Positions 46,477-57,369 of a stretch of DNA of 64,000 nucleotides are shown piece after piece (position 1 is the first letter of the stretch; every line of letters begins with the position of its first letter). Position numbers and translations under genes: made by a program. Location of the stretch: positions 288,001 to 352,000 of the forward strand of contig CAWCNY010000003.1 of NCBI GenBank assembly GCA_963797095.1, given 5' to 3'. The notes beneath the pieces are model-generated. The model ran no database searches and had not been told where the DNA came from. It saw only the letters and a program-made list of their open reading frames with translations. The DNA is from an uncultured Chloroflexia bacterium. Its GTDB lineage: Bacteria > Chloroflexota > Chloroflexia > QHBQ01 > JADMIH01.

Positions 46477-49400
46477 CTATTTCTCGACGGGGGGAGGTCC
46501 CCAGTAGTCGGCGTTTTCGGCCATCCGGATCAACTCGCGCCACTGCCCTACCAGTCCCTCGTCGGTGACACCGTAAAAGATGCGCAACGAGCCGTCGGGA
46601 TAGCGGGCGGCCAGGTCGTAGCGGGATGCGCCCGCGCGGTGCTCGCGCCGCCACAAGCCGAGGGGAGCGTTAGGGTGCCAGGCGATCTCGGCGGCTGTGG
46701 GATCGCCATGCTCATGCTGCATGATAGCATAAAGCCAGAGCCTGCGCGCCGACTTGCGGGTGACGTTGTGCACCACGCTTGAGGGGTTGCGCAGGTCGCG
46801 CATAGTATGGTACAGGATACCGTTGCGCTCCTCGCTGCTGATGATCTCGACGCCCGTAGTAGGAGGCGCGGGCATGGGTGCCTGTGGAGTCTGCGCGGCG
46901 GGCTGGGATTGGGCCGGAGCCGGTGCAGGTGCGGCAGCCTCGGCGGGCTGTACTTCTGCCTGCTTGCGAGATCGACTGCGGCTGCGACTACTGGGGGCCG
47001 GTGCTTCGGCTGGTGCGGCCTGCTCCTCGGCGGGTGCAGCGTGCTCCACCTGGGGAGCTTGCTCGGCGGCTTCCGCCTCGGCCTCGGCGACTTGCTGGGC
47101 AACTGTCTTGCCCCGGCTGCGCCTTCGGGAAGAGGTCGTGGTCGCAGGCGGTGAGGTCATCTCAGCCTCCGTAGCCTGGGCGGGCAATTCGCTCGGAAGC
47201 TGCATACCCGGCTCGATCTCGGCCTCCACAAGGATCGCTATCTCGGCGGCGTCGCTCTCGGCTGCCGCCGCTGCCGGCGCTTCGACCTCCATCTTCTTCT
47301 CACGCCTGCGCGAGCGCCCCTTCTTCGCTGGCTGCTCAGGTTCGGCCTCCACAAGCTCCTCGCGGGTGAGGTGCTCGGCTGAAACTGCAATCTCGGCAGG
47401 CATCTCCCCTGCCGAGGAGGCAGGCGCTTCGGCCTGCTCAGGAGTGGGGGGCGCAACTTCCCCGGTTGCCTTCTTGCGGGAGCGAGAGCGCGCAGGCTTC
47501 CTGGCCTCGGGCTGCGCCCCCACCGGAGCGGCCTCCGCAGGTCCCTCGCTGGGAGCGGAGGCCGCTTCGGGCATTACCGGCACCTCGACCGCGGGTTCCT
47601 GGGCGGCCTGGCGTCCGCGGCGGCTCCTGCTCTTGCGCGTTGTCGTTGTAGGCTTAGGCTCTACCGCCTGCGCTTCAGCGACAGCCTGTTGCTCAGGTTG
47701 CGGTTGCTCTGCCATAGCTTCTTCGGCAGCCGGTGCATCCGGAGTTGGCTGCATTTCTTCAACTGCCGGCTCGGCCTGCGATGTTGCCCCCGTGGGCGCC
47801 ATCGGGCGGATCTGCCCTTTGAGCTTTTCGGGCGGCAGGTTGGCGAAAACAGGCGGGCGCGCCGTGCGGTCGGCCGGCGGCTGTGGCAGACGAGCCGGAG
47901 ACTGCTGGCGCTGCTCGCGCCTCGGCTGTTGAGTGTGAGGTTGCGCTGGCGCGGGCACCGCCGTGCCTGTGATCTGGGCAGGCGACATCGGCTCGCCCGC
48001 CTCCGACGCTGGAGGGGCCACGCGAGCCTGGGCGGGCGTCGACGGCACGGGTTGCGCTGCCGGGCTGCTTACGCGCGCCATACCTCTACGAGATGCCTCC
48101 AGCACCAGCGTCACTACCTCGTCGCGGTTAGCAACCACGCTTTCGCCCTCTAGCCTGATATAGATCTGTCCGGTGGGCGTGAAAGCGTAAGGGGCCTCGT
48201 CGCCCTTAGGGACGGTGATGATCACTACCCCGCGCTCCTCTCCGCCCCGCGTCACAAAATCGGGATCGACCGGCGGCTCGATTGTGCGCCGGATGTCCTC
48301 TTTTATCATCTTGATCGCTTCGTCCGGGCGCTCTATACCATGTACAGGCACCCCCTTGTCCGAGTTAGCACCCACATATATAGTGCCGCCTTCGGCGTTG
48401 GAGAAGGCCACTATATCGTGCAGGATCGGGCGCGTGCGGCTTGTGTGAGTGAAGGCCCGCTCGTGGAACGACTGGGTCATGTTCTGCCCCGCTACACGCG
48501 CCTTTTCGATATCGTCCCAACTTGCCCCCTGCCGGAAGGGGCGCGTGCGCGTGAAATCGTTGCCGTGAAGCAGGTCGCGCAGGTCGGCGAAGGTGGCTTC
48601 CTTCACCAGTATCTCGGTGACCCGCGCCCCCACGCCCAGGCGCTTGTTCATGCCGTCCATCTGCTCGGTATTGAGCGAGTGGGCGTCCGATCCCTGGATA
48701 ATGTGCATCCGGCGTGGGTATTCGGTCTTGGACCCATTATAGAAGCTGGCGGTGTTGCGCCTGCCCGTGCCCTCCAGGTCGGTAACTTCCAGGGCCGCTA
48801 GATTGGGGTCCTGCGTATATGCGATCTTGGTCTGCCCCCCAAACGGGAAGCCCTGCATAGCCACACCGTTGGACGAATTGGCATGGGCAGCTATTGCCAG
48901 CCCACCCGCCGCCGTGATCGCCTGGTAGGAGGTAAGCACATCGGACGTGGAGCCTGCATCTGGCGCGCCCAGCAGCATCTTCTCCTCCGGCACGTTGAGG
49001 TTGAGGAGGAGATATTCCAGCTTGCGAACCGAGGTGTTCTCCGGGAAGATGCCAAGTACGTGAAAACCGAACGTGGCGGTGAACTCGAAGCCCGGCAGCA
49101 CATTGATCTTGCCGAGCAGCCTGCGATAATCGGTCAAGGTCTGGCGCTCAACATCGGTCAGCCTGCCGAGGCGTTCGAGAAGGGTTAAAGTTTCAATTTC
49201 TCGGTGCATAGCCGCGTAGCCAGCCACCGTATTATGGTCGGTGAAGGCTATCATGTCGAGGTTCTTTTCCTCGGCTTTCTTGAGAATGTCCAGGTAAGAG
49301 ATACCTGGATCGCGATAATCGGACGAGGCGGGAGTGTGCAGGTGCAAGTCCATTCGTTTCCACTCGAGGCCGCCACCTGCCTGGCGGTTGCGGGCCGCCT

Positions 49401-49536
49401 CCTGGTCGCGGGTGAGTTCTTGCATCTTGACGCTACGTATACCGCCATGCTGGCGTGAAGTGCCTCGCCCTGGGGTTCTTCTATTCATTGTCATGTCAAT
49501 CCTTTTGGGGCCCACAGCACAAACGCGCGCAGGCAC
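46477..49536 (-). CDS. PHP-domain + Schlafen/AlbA_2-like domain + long disordered linker + globular C-terminal domain protein
   Basis: [32 protein letters not shown] (PHP); [27 protein letters not shown] (AlbA_2); A/E/P/R-rich linker; real start probably downstream of 49536. Confidence 0.8.
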   Translation of the reverse strand: MPARVCAVGPKRIDMTMNRRTPGRGTSRQHGGIRSVKMQELTRDQEAARNRQAGGGLEWKRMDLHLHTPASSDYRDPGISYLDILKKAEEKNLDMIAFTDHNTVAGYAAMHREIETLTLLERLGRLTDVERQTLTDYRRLLGKINVLPGFEFTATFGFHVLGIFPENTSVRKLEYLLLNLNVPEEKMLLGAPDAGSTSDVLTSYQAITAAGGLAIAAHANSSNGVAMQGFPFGGQTKIAYTQDPNLAALEVTDLEGTGRRNTASFYNGSKTEYPRRMHIIQGSDAHSLNTEQMDGMNKRLGVGARVTEILVKEATFADLRDLLHGNDFTRTRPFRQGASWDDIEKARVAGQNMTQSFHERAFTHTSRTRPILHDIVAFSNAEGGTIYVGANSDKGVPVHGIERPDEAIKMIKEDIRRTIEPPVDPDFVTRGGEERGVVIITVPKGDEAPYAFTPTGQIYIRLEGESVVANRDEVVTLVLEASRRGMARVSSPAAQPVPSTPAQARVAPPASEAGEPMSPAQITGTAVPAPAQPHTQQPRREQRQQSPARLPQPPADRTARPPVFANLPPEKLKGQIRPMAPTGATSQAEPAVEEMQPTPDAPAAEEAMAEQPQPEQQAVAEAQAVEPKPTTTTRKSRSRRGRQAAQEPAVEVPVMPEAASAPSEGPAEAAPVGAQPEARKPARSRSRKKATGEVAPPTPEQAEAPASSAGEMPAEIAVSAEHLTREELVEAEPEQPAKKGRSRRREKKMEVEAPAAAAAESDAAEIAILVEAEIEPGMQLPSELPAQATEAEMTSPPATTTSSRRRSRGKTVAQQVAEAEAEAAEQAPQVEHAAPAEEQAAPAEAPAPSSRSRSRSRKQAEVQPAEAAAPAPAPAQSQPAAQTPQAPMPAPPTTGVEIISSEERNGILYHTMRDLRNPSSVVHNVTRKSARRLWLYAIMQHEHGDPTAAEIAWHPNAPLGLWRREHRAGASRYDLAARYPDGSLRIFYGVTDEGLVGQWRELIRMAENADYWGPPPVEK

Positions 49537-49777
49537 GGGAGATATTTCATCCCTTGCCGGTGCGGTCTTACATTGGCCGTGGGTGTGTTTATTCTATTCT
49601 GCTAAGCGAGGCCGGTAAAAGGTGAGTTACCACTCCTGGGGCAGGAGGAATTCGCTGTATTGTGCGAGATCGTTAGGCGCGTCAGCCGAGGCGGCGGGGG
49701 TGGCAGGTCTGCGGCGGCGATTTCTGCCGCCGGAACCCACTCCTCTCCCGGTGCCGGAGGATGGTGAGCGCTTGCCG

Positions 49778-52336
49778 TCACTTGTCGAGTTCGACCGCTT
49801 CCACCGTCTGGATCGAGGGCCTTTCGCCTTCGTCCGTGAGATTGGTGGGATCGGTCCGTGTGTCATCCTCGAGAGGAACTGGCGGCCCGATCTCTTCGCC
49901 GGTCGATATATCAGATGTGGCGACAGGGATGGCAGGCTGGACATCGTTGGAGAGCAGGGCAAGCCTTATCACGCCGTCCATTGTATCCACCCAGTGGAAC
50001 TGCAGGTGGCGGCGAGCGGCGGGCGGTAGCTCCGCCCAATCGGGCTTGTTCGCCAGTGGCGCGATGATCTCCTTGATTCCGGCGCGATGGGCAGCCAACA
50101 CTTTCTCTTTGAGGCCGCCAATGGCAAGCACCCTACCCGTGAGGGTGATCTCGCCCGTCATCCCGACTTCGCTCCGAACCGACCTTTGGGTAATGGCCGA
50201 TATAAGAGCGGTCGCCATTGTAATACCCGCCGAAGGGCCGTCCTTGGGGATGGCTCCTTCGGGCAGATGGATATGCAGGTCGGCCTTTTCGAGGGTATCG
50301 AGGTCGATATTCAACTCTTTGGCCCGCGAGCGCGCAAATGATAGTGCTGCGCGCGCCGATTCCTGCATAACGTCGCCCAAGCGCCCTGTGATTATCAGTC
50401 CGCCTCGTCCTGGCATAAGAACCACTTCGACCGGGAGCAATTCGCCCCCGTGCTCGGTCCATGCCAGGCCACAGGCCACGCCCACCTGATCCTGACGGAC
50501 TTCTTCTTCCACCCGGTAACGGGCGGGGCCAAGAAACTCTTCCAGGTTATGCGGAGTTACCCTTACGCGTGTGATACGCCCCTGCACCACACGTCGAGCC
50601 GCCTTGCGGCAAATGGTCGCCAGCTTACGCTCCAATTCGCGCACCCCGGCCTCGCGGGTATGGGTGCGGATTGTGTCTCTAAGCATGCGATCGGGTACTT
50701 CCAGGAAACCCGGCTCCAGGCCGTGCGTCTCCACCTGCTTGGGCAGAAGGTGGCGGCGCGCTATCTGAATTTTCTCTTCCTCTGTGTAGCCGCCGATCTC
50801 TACAACTTCCATGCGATCTCGCAATGCGCGTGGGATGCTGTAGAGGTTATTGGCGGTGCAGATGAAGAATACGTCTGACAGGTCGTAAGGTACGTCGAGA
50901 TAATGGTCCACGAAGGTGTGATTCTGAGCGGGATCGAGCACCTCCAGGAGAGCCGAGGCGGGGTCGCCTCGCATATCAGCCGTCATCTTGTCTATCTCAT
51001 CCAGCAGGACGAGGGGATTGACGGTCTCCGCGCTCTTCATGGACTGGATTATCCGCCCAGGCAGAGCACCAACATAAGTACGGCGATGGCCCCTGATCTC
51101 TGCTTCGTCGTGGATGCCGCCAAGCGACAGGCGCACGAACTTGCGGTTCATCGCCCGTGCGATCGATTGGCCCAGCGAGGTCTTTCCGACACCGGGAGGA
51201 CCTACAAAACAGAGAATGGTTGGACTTTGGATCTTAGATTTCTGATTTTGGGCTTCTGAGCCTCCGTCCTTCTTCTTTTGCCCTTCTTCTTTCGTCTGGC
51301 GGCGCAGCATAAGCTGCCGCACCGCCAGAAAGTCGAGAATGCGCTCCTTGACCTGGGCCAGCCCGTAGTGATCTTCTTCCAGGATCTGCTCGGCCAGCGG
51401 AAGGTCGATCCTGTCCTGCGTGCGCTCCGACCAGGGCAGAGAGAGCACCCAATCGAGATAGTTTCGCAGAACGGTGGTCTCCGGCGACATGGAAGGCATG
51501 CGCTCCAGTTTGCCGACCTCTTTGAGGGTGCGGGCCATGATCTCGTCCGGTAGGCCCTTGGCTGCCAGCCGCTCGCGCAATTCGGCGATTTCGTTGCCGC
51601 TATCGCTCGCAAGCTCGTCATGGATGGCCTTCAACTGCTCGCGCAGGTAGAACTCACGCTGGTTCTTATCGATGGAGGCGCGCACTTTCTCGCGCACGCG
51701 CTGGTCGGTTTCGAGCACGTCGAGAGCGCTGGCAAGCACGCTCGATATGTGATTGAGACGGGCAGCCTGGTCCGACATCTCCAGCACGCGCTGGCGCTCA
51801 AGCGCATCCGATACCAGGTGGGCAGCCAGCAGATCGGCCATATAACCGGGCTGGCGAGCACCCTTGATGTGGTCAGGCGCTTCGGCGGGGACCTTGTTGT
51901 TCATGGTCGCATAGCGAGTGAACATCTCCGACAGGTGGGACATCAGCGAGGTGATCTCGCGACCACCTGCCTGCTGCTCCGGTAGGTATTGCACTTCCGC
52001 CACCAGGCAATCATCATCACCCCGTATCAGATCAAGCGTCACCCTGCGTAAAGCCTCAACTTCGACCTGCGTCGTGCCGTCGCCTTGTGTGCGAACCGCG
52101 CGCACCTCCACCAGCGTGCCGATTGTGTAGAGATCGGCGGGCGTGGGGTCCTCTCCCTCATCGGTCTTGACGGCGGTTACAACCATGCGGTGGTCGCCCT
52201 CGAACGCCATATTGGCCGCATTGAGGGATCGCGCACGGTTTACGGTGAGATTGACTATGGTACGGGGAAATACTACTACGTTCTTGAGAGGAAGGAGAGG
52301 AAGCTCCATCCGCCCGCGGGCTGCGTCGTTTGGCAT
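49778..52336 (-). CDS. lon: ATP-dependent protease La (LonA)
   Basis: LPLLPL..V.FP, DHYGL..VKERI, GPPGVGKTS, RRTYVGALPG, PKDGPSAG (Ser), GGLKEK (Lys). Confidence 0.97.
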   Translation of the reverse strand: MPNDAARGRMELPLLPLKNVVVFPRTIVNLTVNRARSLNAANMAFEGDHRMVVTAVKTDEGEDPTPADLYTIGTLVEVRAVRTQGDGTTQVEVEALRRVTLDLIRGDDDCLVAEVQYLPEQQAGGREITSLMSHLSEMFTRYATMNNKVPAEAPDHIKGARQPGYMADLLAAHLVSDALERQRVLEMSDQAARLNHISSVLASALDVLETDQRVREKVRASIDKNQREFYLREQLKAIHDELASDSGNEIAELRERLAAKGLPDEIMARTLKEVGKLERMPSMSPETTVLRNYLDWVLSLPWSERTQDRIDLPLAEQILEEDHYGLAQVKERILDFLAVRQLMLRRQTKEEGQKKKDGGSEAQNQKSKIQSPTILCFVGPPGVGKTSLGQSIARAMNRKFVRLSLGGIHDEAEIRGHRRTYVGALPGRIIQSMKSAETVNPLVLLDEIDKMTADMRGDPASALLEVLDPAQNHTFVDHYLDVPYDLSDVFFICTANNLYSIPRALRDRMEVVEIGGYTEEEKIQIARRHLLPKQVETHGLEPGFLEVPDRMLRDTIRTHTREAGVRELERKLATICRKAARRVVQGRITRVRVTPHNLEEFLGPARYRVEEEVRQDQVGVACGLAWTEHGGELLPVEVVLMPGRGGLIITGRLGDVMQESARAALSFARSRAKELNIDLDTLEKADLHIHLPEGAIPKDGPSAGITMATALISAITQRSVRSEVGMTGEITLTGRVLAIGGLKEKVLAAHRAGIKEIIAPLANKPDWAELPPAARRHLQFHWVDTMDGVIRLALLSNDVQPAIPVATSDISTGEEIGPPVPLEDDTRTDPTNLTDEGERPSIQTVEAVELDK

Positions 52337-52594
52337 ACCTTGCGCCTTAGAATTGCGGAAAGAAGACTCTTAAAGGAGAATGTAATTCAGACCTTCCGAC
52401 TAATTATACCAAATGATCGGCCAGCAGTCTATAGAGTAAACGGGCTACATGTCCTAATACTTTAGGGGGAATGCGACAGTCCTGATATAATCATGGATGA
52501 TGAGTGAGGATTACTGCTTATCAGGTATCGCATACGTAACAAGAGACGACTGAGCCTTATAGAGGGTACAACACTCAGGCTTTGATATTGAGAG

Positions 52595-53941
52595 GTGATT
52601 TTGATGCGGACACACCATGAGGTTGTTTCGGGCGAGCAGCGGGCGCTCGCCGGGGTCACTGTCGGAGAGGCATTGGAGGCAATCCTGGCGAACTTCGCCC
52701 CCCTGGAGGTGGTGGTGGTGGCGCTGCCGGATGCGCTTGGGTTGGTGCTGGCCGAGGATGTCGTCTCGGACATGAATATTCCGCCCTTCGACAATTCGTC
52801 CATGGATGGGTATGCAGTGCACGCCCAGGATGTAACGGGGGCAAGCGACGAAGAACCCGCCCGATTGCGGGTTGCCGGGTTTTTGCCCGCGGGTGGCGCT
52901 CCCGGACCCAACGACCGAGTGGAAGCGAAAACTGCGTTCCGGATCATGACGGGCGCACCGGTACCGCCAGGCGCGGATGCTGTGGTGCGGTTCGAGGATA
53001 CGAGCGAGGGAAGACCGCTGGACGAGCCGGGATTACAGCCGCAACATTCACAGGCGGGAGCAGTAGAGGTCGGAGACGAGATAGTCATTTACCGGGGCGT
53101 GAGCACGGGCACGAACGTGCGCGAGGCAGGGGGCGACATCCGCGAAGGAGACATGGTATTGCACGCGGGAGATCCCATAGGGCCTGCCACGATAGGCGTG
53201 CTGGCGTCGCTGGGCAAGGAGAAGGTGCGCGTGCACAGGCGGCCCAGGGTGGCGGTGCTGGCTACAGGCGATGAACTGGTAGGTGTGGCTGAGAGACCGG
53301 GGCCCGGTCAGATACGCAACACCAACAGCTATGCCGTCACGGCACAATTGAGATCATGGGGTGCGGAGGCATTCGACCTGGGGATAGCGCGGGACAACAG
53401 AGAGAGCCTGGTAACCAAGTTGAAGGAGGCGCTAGCGCTGGACCCCGATCTGCTGGTGACTTCTGCGGGGATATCGGTTGGCGATCACGACATCGTGAAG
53501 CAAATCCTGCTGGAAATGGGCACGATCAACATGTGGCGGGTGAAGATCAAGCCCGGCAAGCCTCTTGCGTTCGGCAGGATAGGCGAAAAGAGCGTGCCCT
53601 TCCTGGGATTGCCCGGCAACCCTGTGTCGAGCATGGTGACTCTGGAGCTATTCGGGCGGCCCGCCGTGATGAAGATGCTGGGGCGATCAACCTTGCGCAG
53701 GCCGGAGGTTATAGTGCGCGCCCTGGAGAGGATTGAAAGCTCGCCGGGACGCGAGAATTACATCAGAGTGGTGGTCTCGCGTGATGGAGATGATTACGTA
53801 GCACGCACTACGGGGGCGCAGGGTTCGGAGATACTCACCTCGATGGCGAAAGCCAATGCCCTGCTGATAGTGCCGGAGGACGTGCGCCTTGTGGAAGCAG
53901 GCGAGCGGGTCAGAGCGATACTGCTGGACTGGCCGTGGTAG
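52595..53941 (+). CDS. moeA: Molybdopterin molybdotransferase
   Basis: PPFDNSSMDGYA, IMTGAPVP.GAD.V, TGDEL, KPGKP, LPGNP; start may be slightly downstream. Confidence 0.93.
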   Translation: MILMRTHHEVVSGEQRALAGVTVGEALEAILANFAPLEVVVVALPDALGLVLAEDVVSDMNIPPFDNSSMDGYAVHAQDVTGASDEEPARLRVAGFLPAGGAPGPNDRVEAKTAFRIMTGAPVPPGADAVVRFEDTSEGRPLDEPGLQPQHSQAGAVEVGDEIVIYRGVSTGTNVREAGGDIREGDMVLHAGDPIGPATIGVLASLGKEKVRVHRRPRVAVLATGDELVGVAERPGPGQIRNTNSYAVTAQLRSWGAEAFDLGIARDNRESLVTKLKEALALDPDLLVTSAGISVGDHDIVKQILLEMGTINMWRVKIKPGKPLAFGRIGEKSVPFLGLPGNPVSSMVTLELFGRPAVMKMLGRSTLRRPEVIVRALERIESSPGRENYIRVVVSRDGDDYVARTTGAQGSEILTSMAKANALLIVPEDVRLVEAGERVRAILLDWPW

Positions 53942-53962
53942 CGCATCGCCCTGACCCTTTCT

Positions 53963-54232
53963 TCACCTGGCAAACCGCTGCGTAGAGCGCAGTTTCGCTT
54001 TCACCGCTTCCCGCTCTCGATCTTTAGGGGCTGCATTCGATTCGAGCGAGCTCAGGAGGCGGGCCGAGATCATGGCGATCTCATCGACCGCCGCATTGAA
54101 AGCCTCCTCGTTCGTCCTCGATGGCTTGTTGAAGCCGCTGATCTTCCTTACAAACTGAAGCGATGCAGCGTAGATCTCGTCCTCGCTGGCGGGCGGCTCA
54201 AAGTTGAAGAGCGGCCTGATGTTTCTGCACAT
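53963..54232 (-). CDS. DUF2277 family protein
   Basis: MCRNI..LFNFEPPA..EI.AASLQFVRKISGF. Confidence 0.85.
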   Translation of the reverse strand: MCRNIRPLFNFEPPASEDEIYAASLQFVRKISGFNKPSRTNEEAFNAAVDEIAMISARLLSSLESNAAPKDREREAVKAKLRSTQRFAR

Positions 54233-54310
54233 GTTCCTTTATCCCCTGTTGCTCACCAACCGGATTTCGAGCGTCACGCACACCGGCAGGCGCAAAGTGT
54301 GGTGGAGGGC

Positions 54311-56134
54311 CTACAGCGCGCCCGCGTAGCCGTCGCCTCGAACATCGCTTCCCGCCATGTACGAGCCATCGGCCTGTCGCCAGATGATCTGCCCGCGACC
54401 GAATGTGCCGCTGCGATTGAGCACTGTGACGGCGTGCCCTTTGGACCGCAGGCCCTGCGTGACGGTTGAGCCTGCGCCCGACTCTATCTCGATGCTCTTG
54501 TTGCTGGCCCACTGCCAGCGGGGAGCGTCGAGGGCTGCCTGGGGGTTCATGCCGTAGTCTATTGTGTTGGCGATCACCTGCACATGTCCCTGCGGCTGCA
54601 TGAAGCCGCCCATTACTCCAAACGGGCCGATGGGCAGCCCGGCGCGGGTCAGAAAGGCCGGGATGATGGTGTTGTAGGGGCGCTTGCCTGGAGCCAGGCG
54701 ATTAGGGTGGTTGGGGTCGAGACTGAAGTTGGCACCCCGGTCGTGCAGCGAGATGCCCGTGCCGGGGATCACGATCCCTGAGCCAAAGCCCTCGTAGTTG
54801 GACTGGATGAAAGAGACCATCATCCCATCCGAATCGGCGGCGCACAGGTAGACGGTGCCTCCCGAGTTGGGATCGCCGGGAGCGGGAGTGAGAGCACGCG
54901 CACCTATCAGGGCGCGCCGTCGGGCGGCATACGCCTTGTCGAGCAGGCCCTCCACCGGAATGGAGGCAAAGTCGGGGTCGGCCACGTAGCGGAACGCGTC
55001 GGCGAAGGCCAGCTTGAGGCTCTCGATCTGGAGGTGGAAAGACTGCGTGCTGTCGCGTGCCAGTGAATGGAGGTCAAAGCCTTCGAGGATGTTGAGGGCG
55101 ATCAGGGCGGTGATGCCCTGCCCGTTGGGCGGCATCTCCCACACGTCATAACCCCTGTAACTGGTGGTGATGGGGTCTACCCATGTGCTTGTATGCGCCG
55201 CGAGGTCGGCCAGGGTGAGGTAGCCGCCCGTCTGAGCGGCAAACTGCGCGATCTTACGTGCGAGGTCGCCTTTGTAGAAATCCTCGGCCCCGTAGTCGGC
55301 GATGCGGCGAAGGGTCGCGCCAAGCTCGGTGCTCGACCACGTCCCACCCGACCTGGGCGCACGCCCGCCGGGGGCGAACATTGGGGCCCAGCCTTTGAAC
55401 TCAGGGCCTCTGTTGGCCGTGTAAATCGAGATAGCGTTTTGCCATGCAGCCGCCACGATAGGTGTGACGTGGTAGCCCTGTTCGGCGTAAGCGATGGCAG
55501 GCTCAAACAGCCTGTTGAATGAGAGCTTGCCGAAGCGGGCATGCAGGTCGTGCCAGAGGGCGGGCGCGCCAGCAATGGTTACGGGGAGCCAGCCGCGCAG
55601 TGGCATAGTGCGGTAGCCCTTGTTGCGCACAAGTTGGAGGGTGAGGGCGGCGGGGGCGCGCCCTGAGCCGTTGAGGCCGTAAAGTCTGGCGGTTCTGGGG
55701 TCCCACAGAAGCGCGAAGGCATCCGAGCCGACGCCGTTGGACACAGGCTCGACCACGGTCTGCGCGATAGCGGCGGCGATAGCGGCGTCAACCGCGTTGC
55801 CCCCCTTCTTGAGCATGAGCAGCCCGGCTTCCACCGCCAGGGGCGTGCTGGTAGCGACCACCCCGTTGCGCGCCACCACTGACCGGCGGTCCGCGCTGTA
55901 TGGATTGTGCGCGAGGTCCATCGGCGGGATGGAGAGATCGCCAACAGCCGGGGGGATATGGACCAGTGGAGGAGTGTAGGCGTGGGCAGCAGCGGGCAGA
56001 AGCGTACCGGAAGCCACCACTCCGCCAACGGTAAGAGCGGTGCGGCGAAGGAAATCGCGCCGGGTGAGGGTATCTTCCTTACTGGCGTCATCTATCCCGG
56101 GTTCGGCGTCTTCAGATTGGGATTGACGATCCAT
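54311..56134 (-). CDS. ggt: Gamma-glutamyltransferase family protein with twin-arginine signal
   Basis: TRRDFLRR plus hydrophobic stretch; GGNAVDAAIA, PPNGQG, autocatalytic Thr in GTVYL, SFIQSNY.GFGS, GVMGG.MQPQGH. Confidence 0.9.
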   Translation of the reverse strand: MDRQSQSEDAEPGIDDASKEDTLTRRDFLRRTALTVGGVVASGTLLPAAAHAYTPPLVHIPPAVGDLSIPPMDLAHNPYSADRRSVVARNGVVATSTPLAVEAGLLMLKKGGNAVDAAIAAAIAQTVVEPVSNGVGSDAFALLWDPRTARLYGLNGSGRAPAALTLQLVRNKGYRTMPLRGWLPVTIAGAPALWHDLHARFGKLSFNRLFEPAIAYAEQGYHVTPIVAAAWQNAISIYTANRGPEFKGWAPMFAPGGRAPRSGGTWSSTELGATLRRIADYGAEDFYKGDLARKIAQFAAQTGGYLTLADLAAHTSTWVDPITTSYRGYDVWEMPPNGQGITALIALNILEGFDLHSLARDSTQSFHLQIESLKLAFADAFRYVADPDFASIPVEGLLDKAYAARRRALIGARALTPAPGDPNSGGTVYLCAADSDGMMVSFIQSNYEGFGSGIVIPGTGISLHDRGANFSLDPNHPNRLAPGKRPYNTIIPAFLTRAGLPIGPFGVMGGFMQPQGHVQVIANTIDYGMNPQAALDAPRWQWASNKSIEIESGAGSTVTQGLRSKGHAVTVLNRSGTFGRGQIIWRQADGSYMAGSDVRGDGYAGAL

Positions 56135-56152
56135 AGATATCTCGATAATAGC

Positions 56153-56815
56153 TCATTTACGCTTGAGACGCACCGTGAGGTCGCTGTCGCTGGTGGCTAC
56201 ACTGCTCATTTCAAGGTCGGCGCTTTCGAGGCTTGGAACAACCGCATTATTGATCTCCGAGACGAGGAGGTCATTGTTCACGCGGTCAACCACCTGCCGG
56301 ATAGTGCCTTCGAGATCGAAGGGGAGGACCTCAAGCGATACGTTGAGGTCGCCTAGCTGGGGGTCGCCTATCATGTTGATCGCGAGACCGCCGTTCTGGA
56401 TGCTGACGCGGTTGTTCACGCGAGCATTGACATCAAGACTGAGGAAGCTCGCCACCACATGGAAGGTGAAGAGGAGGTCCATGCGGTTCTCGGTGTTGAG
56501 GTCCACGTTGAGAGATGTGAGGGTGAGCCAGTCGACGCCTGTGGGATACGAGCCGTTGACGCGCTGGGCGATCAGACTGTTGAGATAACCTTCGTCCACC
56601 GACACCACGATATCGGAATTGCTCGTGGTGGGGATATTGTCCAACGGGAGGATAGTCGAGGCGGCGAAAGTAGCCAGCCCCAGCACAAGGAGCACCCCGC
56701 CTATAATCCCGAAGATGCACCCACTGGCGAACCAGAGGAAGCAAAGCCCACCGGAAGAACGGCGACCGGAAAATGACCGGTGGTAGCTGGTAGATCGGGG
56801 TTGGTAGGTGGACAT
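56153..56815 (-). CDS. Hypothetical single-pass membrane protein
   Basis: One TM helix, then a beta-rich domain; codon usage like neighbours. Confidence 0.7.
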   Translation of the reverse strand: MSTYQPRSTSYHRSFSGRRSSGGLCFLWFASGCIFGIIGGVLLVLGLATFAASTILPLDNIPTTSNSDIVVSVDEGYLNSLIAQRVNGSYPTGVDWLTLTSLNVDLNTENRMDLLFTFHVVASFLSLDVNARVNNRVSIQNGGLAINMIGDPQLGDLNVSLEVLPFDLEGTIRQVVDRVNNDLLVSEINNAVVPSLESADLEMSSVATSDSDLTVRLKRK

Positions 56816-56820
56816 TGGAA

Positions 56821-56915
56821 GACGAACGAAAGACGAAAGACGAAAGACAACAGACGAGAGTCAGAACCAAAAAACCAGGAACTTGGAACTTGGAACTACT
56901 ATCGTCCTCCGTCTA
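56821..56915. repeat. Composite heptamer element (GAAAGAC array, then AGAACCA/GGAACTT array)
   Basis: Core AGAACCAAAAA(A)CCAGGAACTTGGAACTTGGA is shared with 13623-13653. Confidence 0.88.
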
Positions 56916-56916
56916 C

Positions 56917-57297
56917 TTACAGCGCTGCCCGGCGGCGGAGCCAGTCAGTCACATCTTTGTGCTTGATGCAGATCACCTTGTTCCCCCTGCGCTCGGCCTT
57001 GAGGTCGTTGCGCCAGATGGCGTGCATCACAACTTCCAGGCTGGTACTGATGAGCCGGGCCACCTCCTCAGGAGTGTATTCCTCCTGTGTGAGATCGACG
57101 TGAGCGCGGCTGTGGGGGTCGTGGCGGTCGTGGCGCTCCAGGATAACCTGGCCCTCGAATTCTTGTACATCCGAGAACCCGACGTGCGGATCGGTGTCAA
57201 CCGGCTCGATCTCATAGCGGTCGTCCATATCGAGATCGTCGGTTTGGCCCATCGCCATCCCCTTGTCTTCACGGCTGGTGGTTGGCTGCTCGTCCAT
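56917..57297 (-). CDS. Excisionase-like (HTH_17) DNA-binding protein with acidic N-terminus
   Basis: YTPEEVARL......V...I....L.A.R.G....I...DV..WL; AAGGAG RBS. Confidence 0.7.
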   Translation of the reverse strand: MDEQPTTSREDKGMAMGQTDDLDMDDRYEIEPVDTDPHVGFSDVQEFEGQVILERHDRHDPHSRAHVDLTQEEYTPEEVARLISTSLEVVMHAIWRNDLKAERRGNKVICIKHKDVTDWLRRRAAL

Positions 57298-57369
57298 TAC
57301 GCTTCTCCTTGCAAACTACGGGTAACTGAAAGCAAACGATGCGCTTGTATCACAGCCACCCATCAACTT

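Noticed and set aside
56917-57297. Prophage or integrative element
   Set aside because: Only a solo HTH; no integrase, att repeats, tRNA or phage genes
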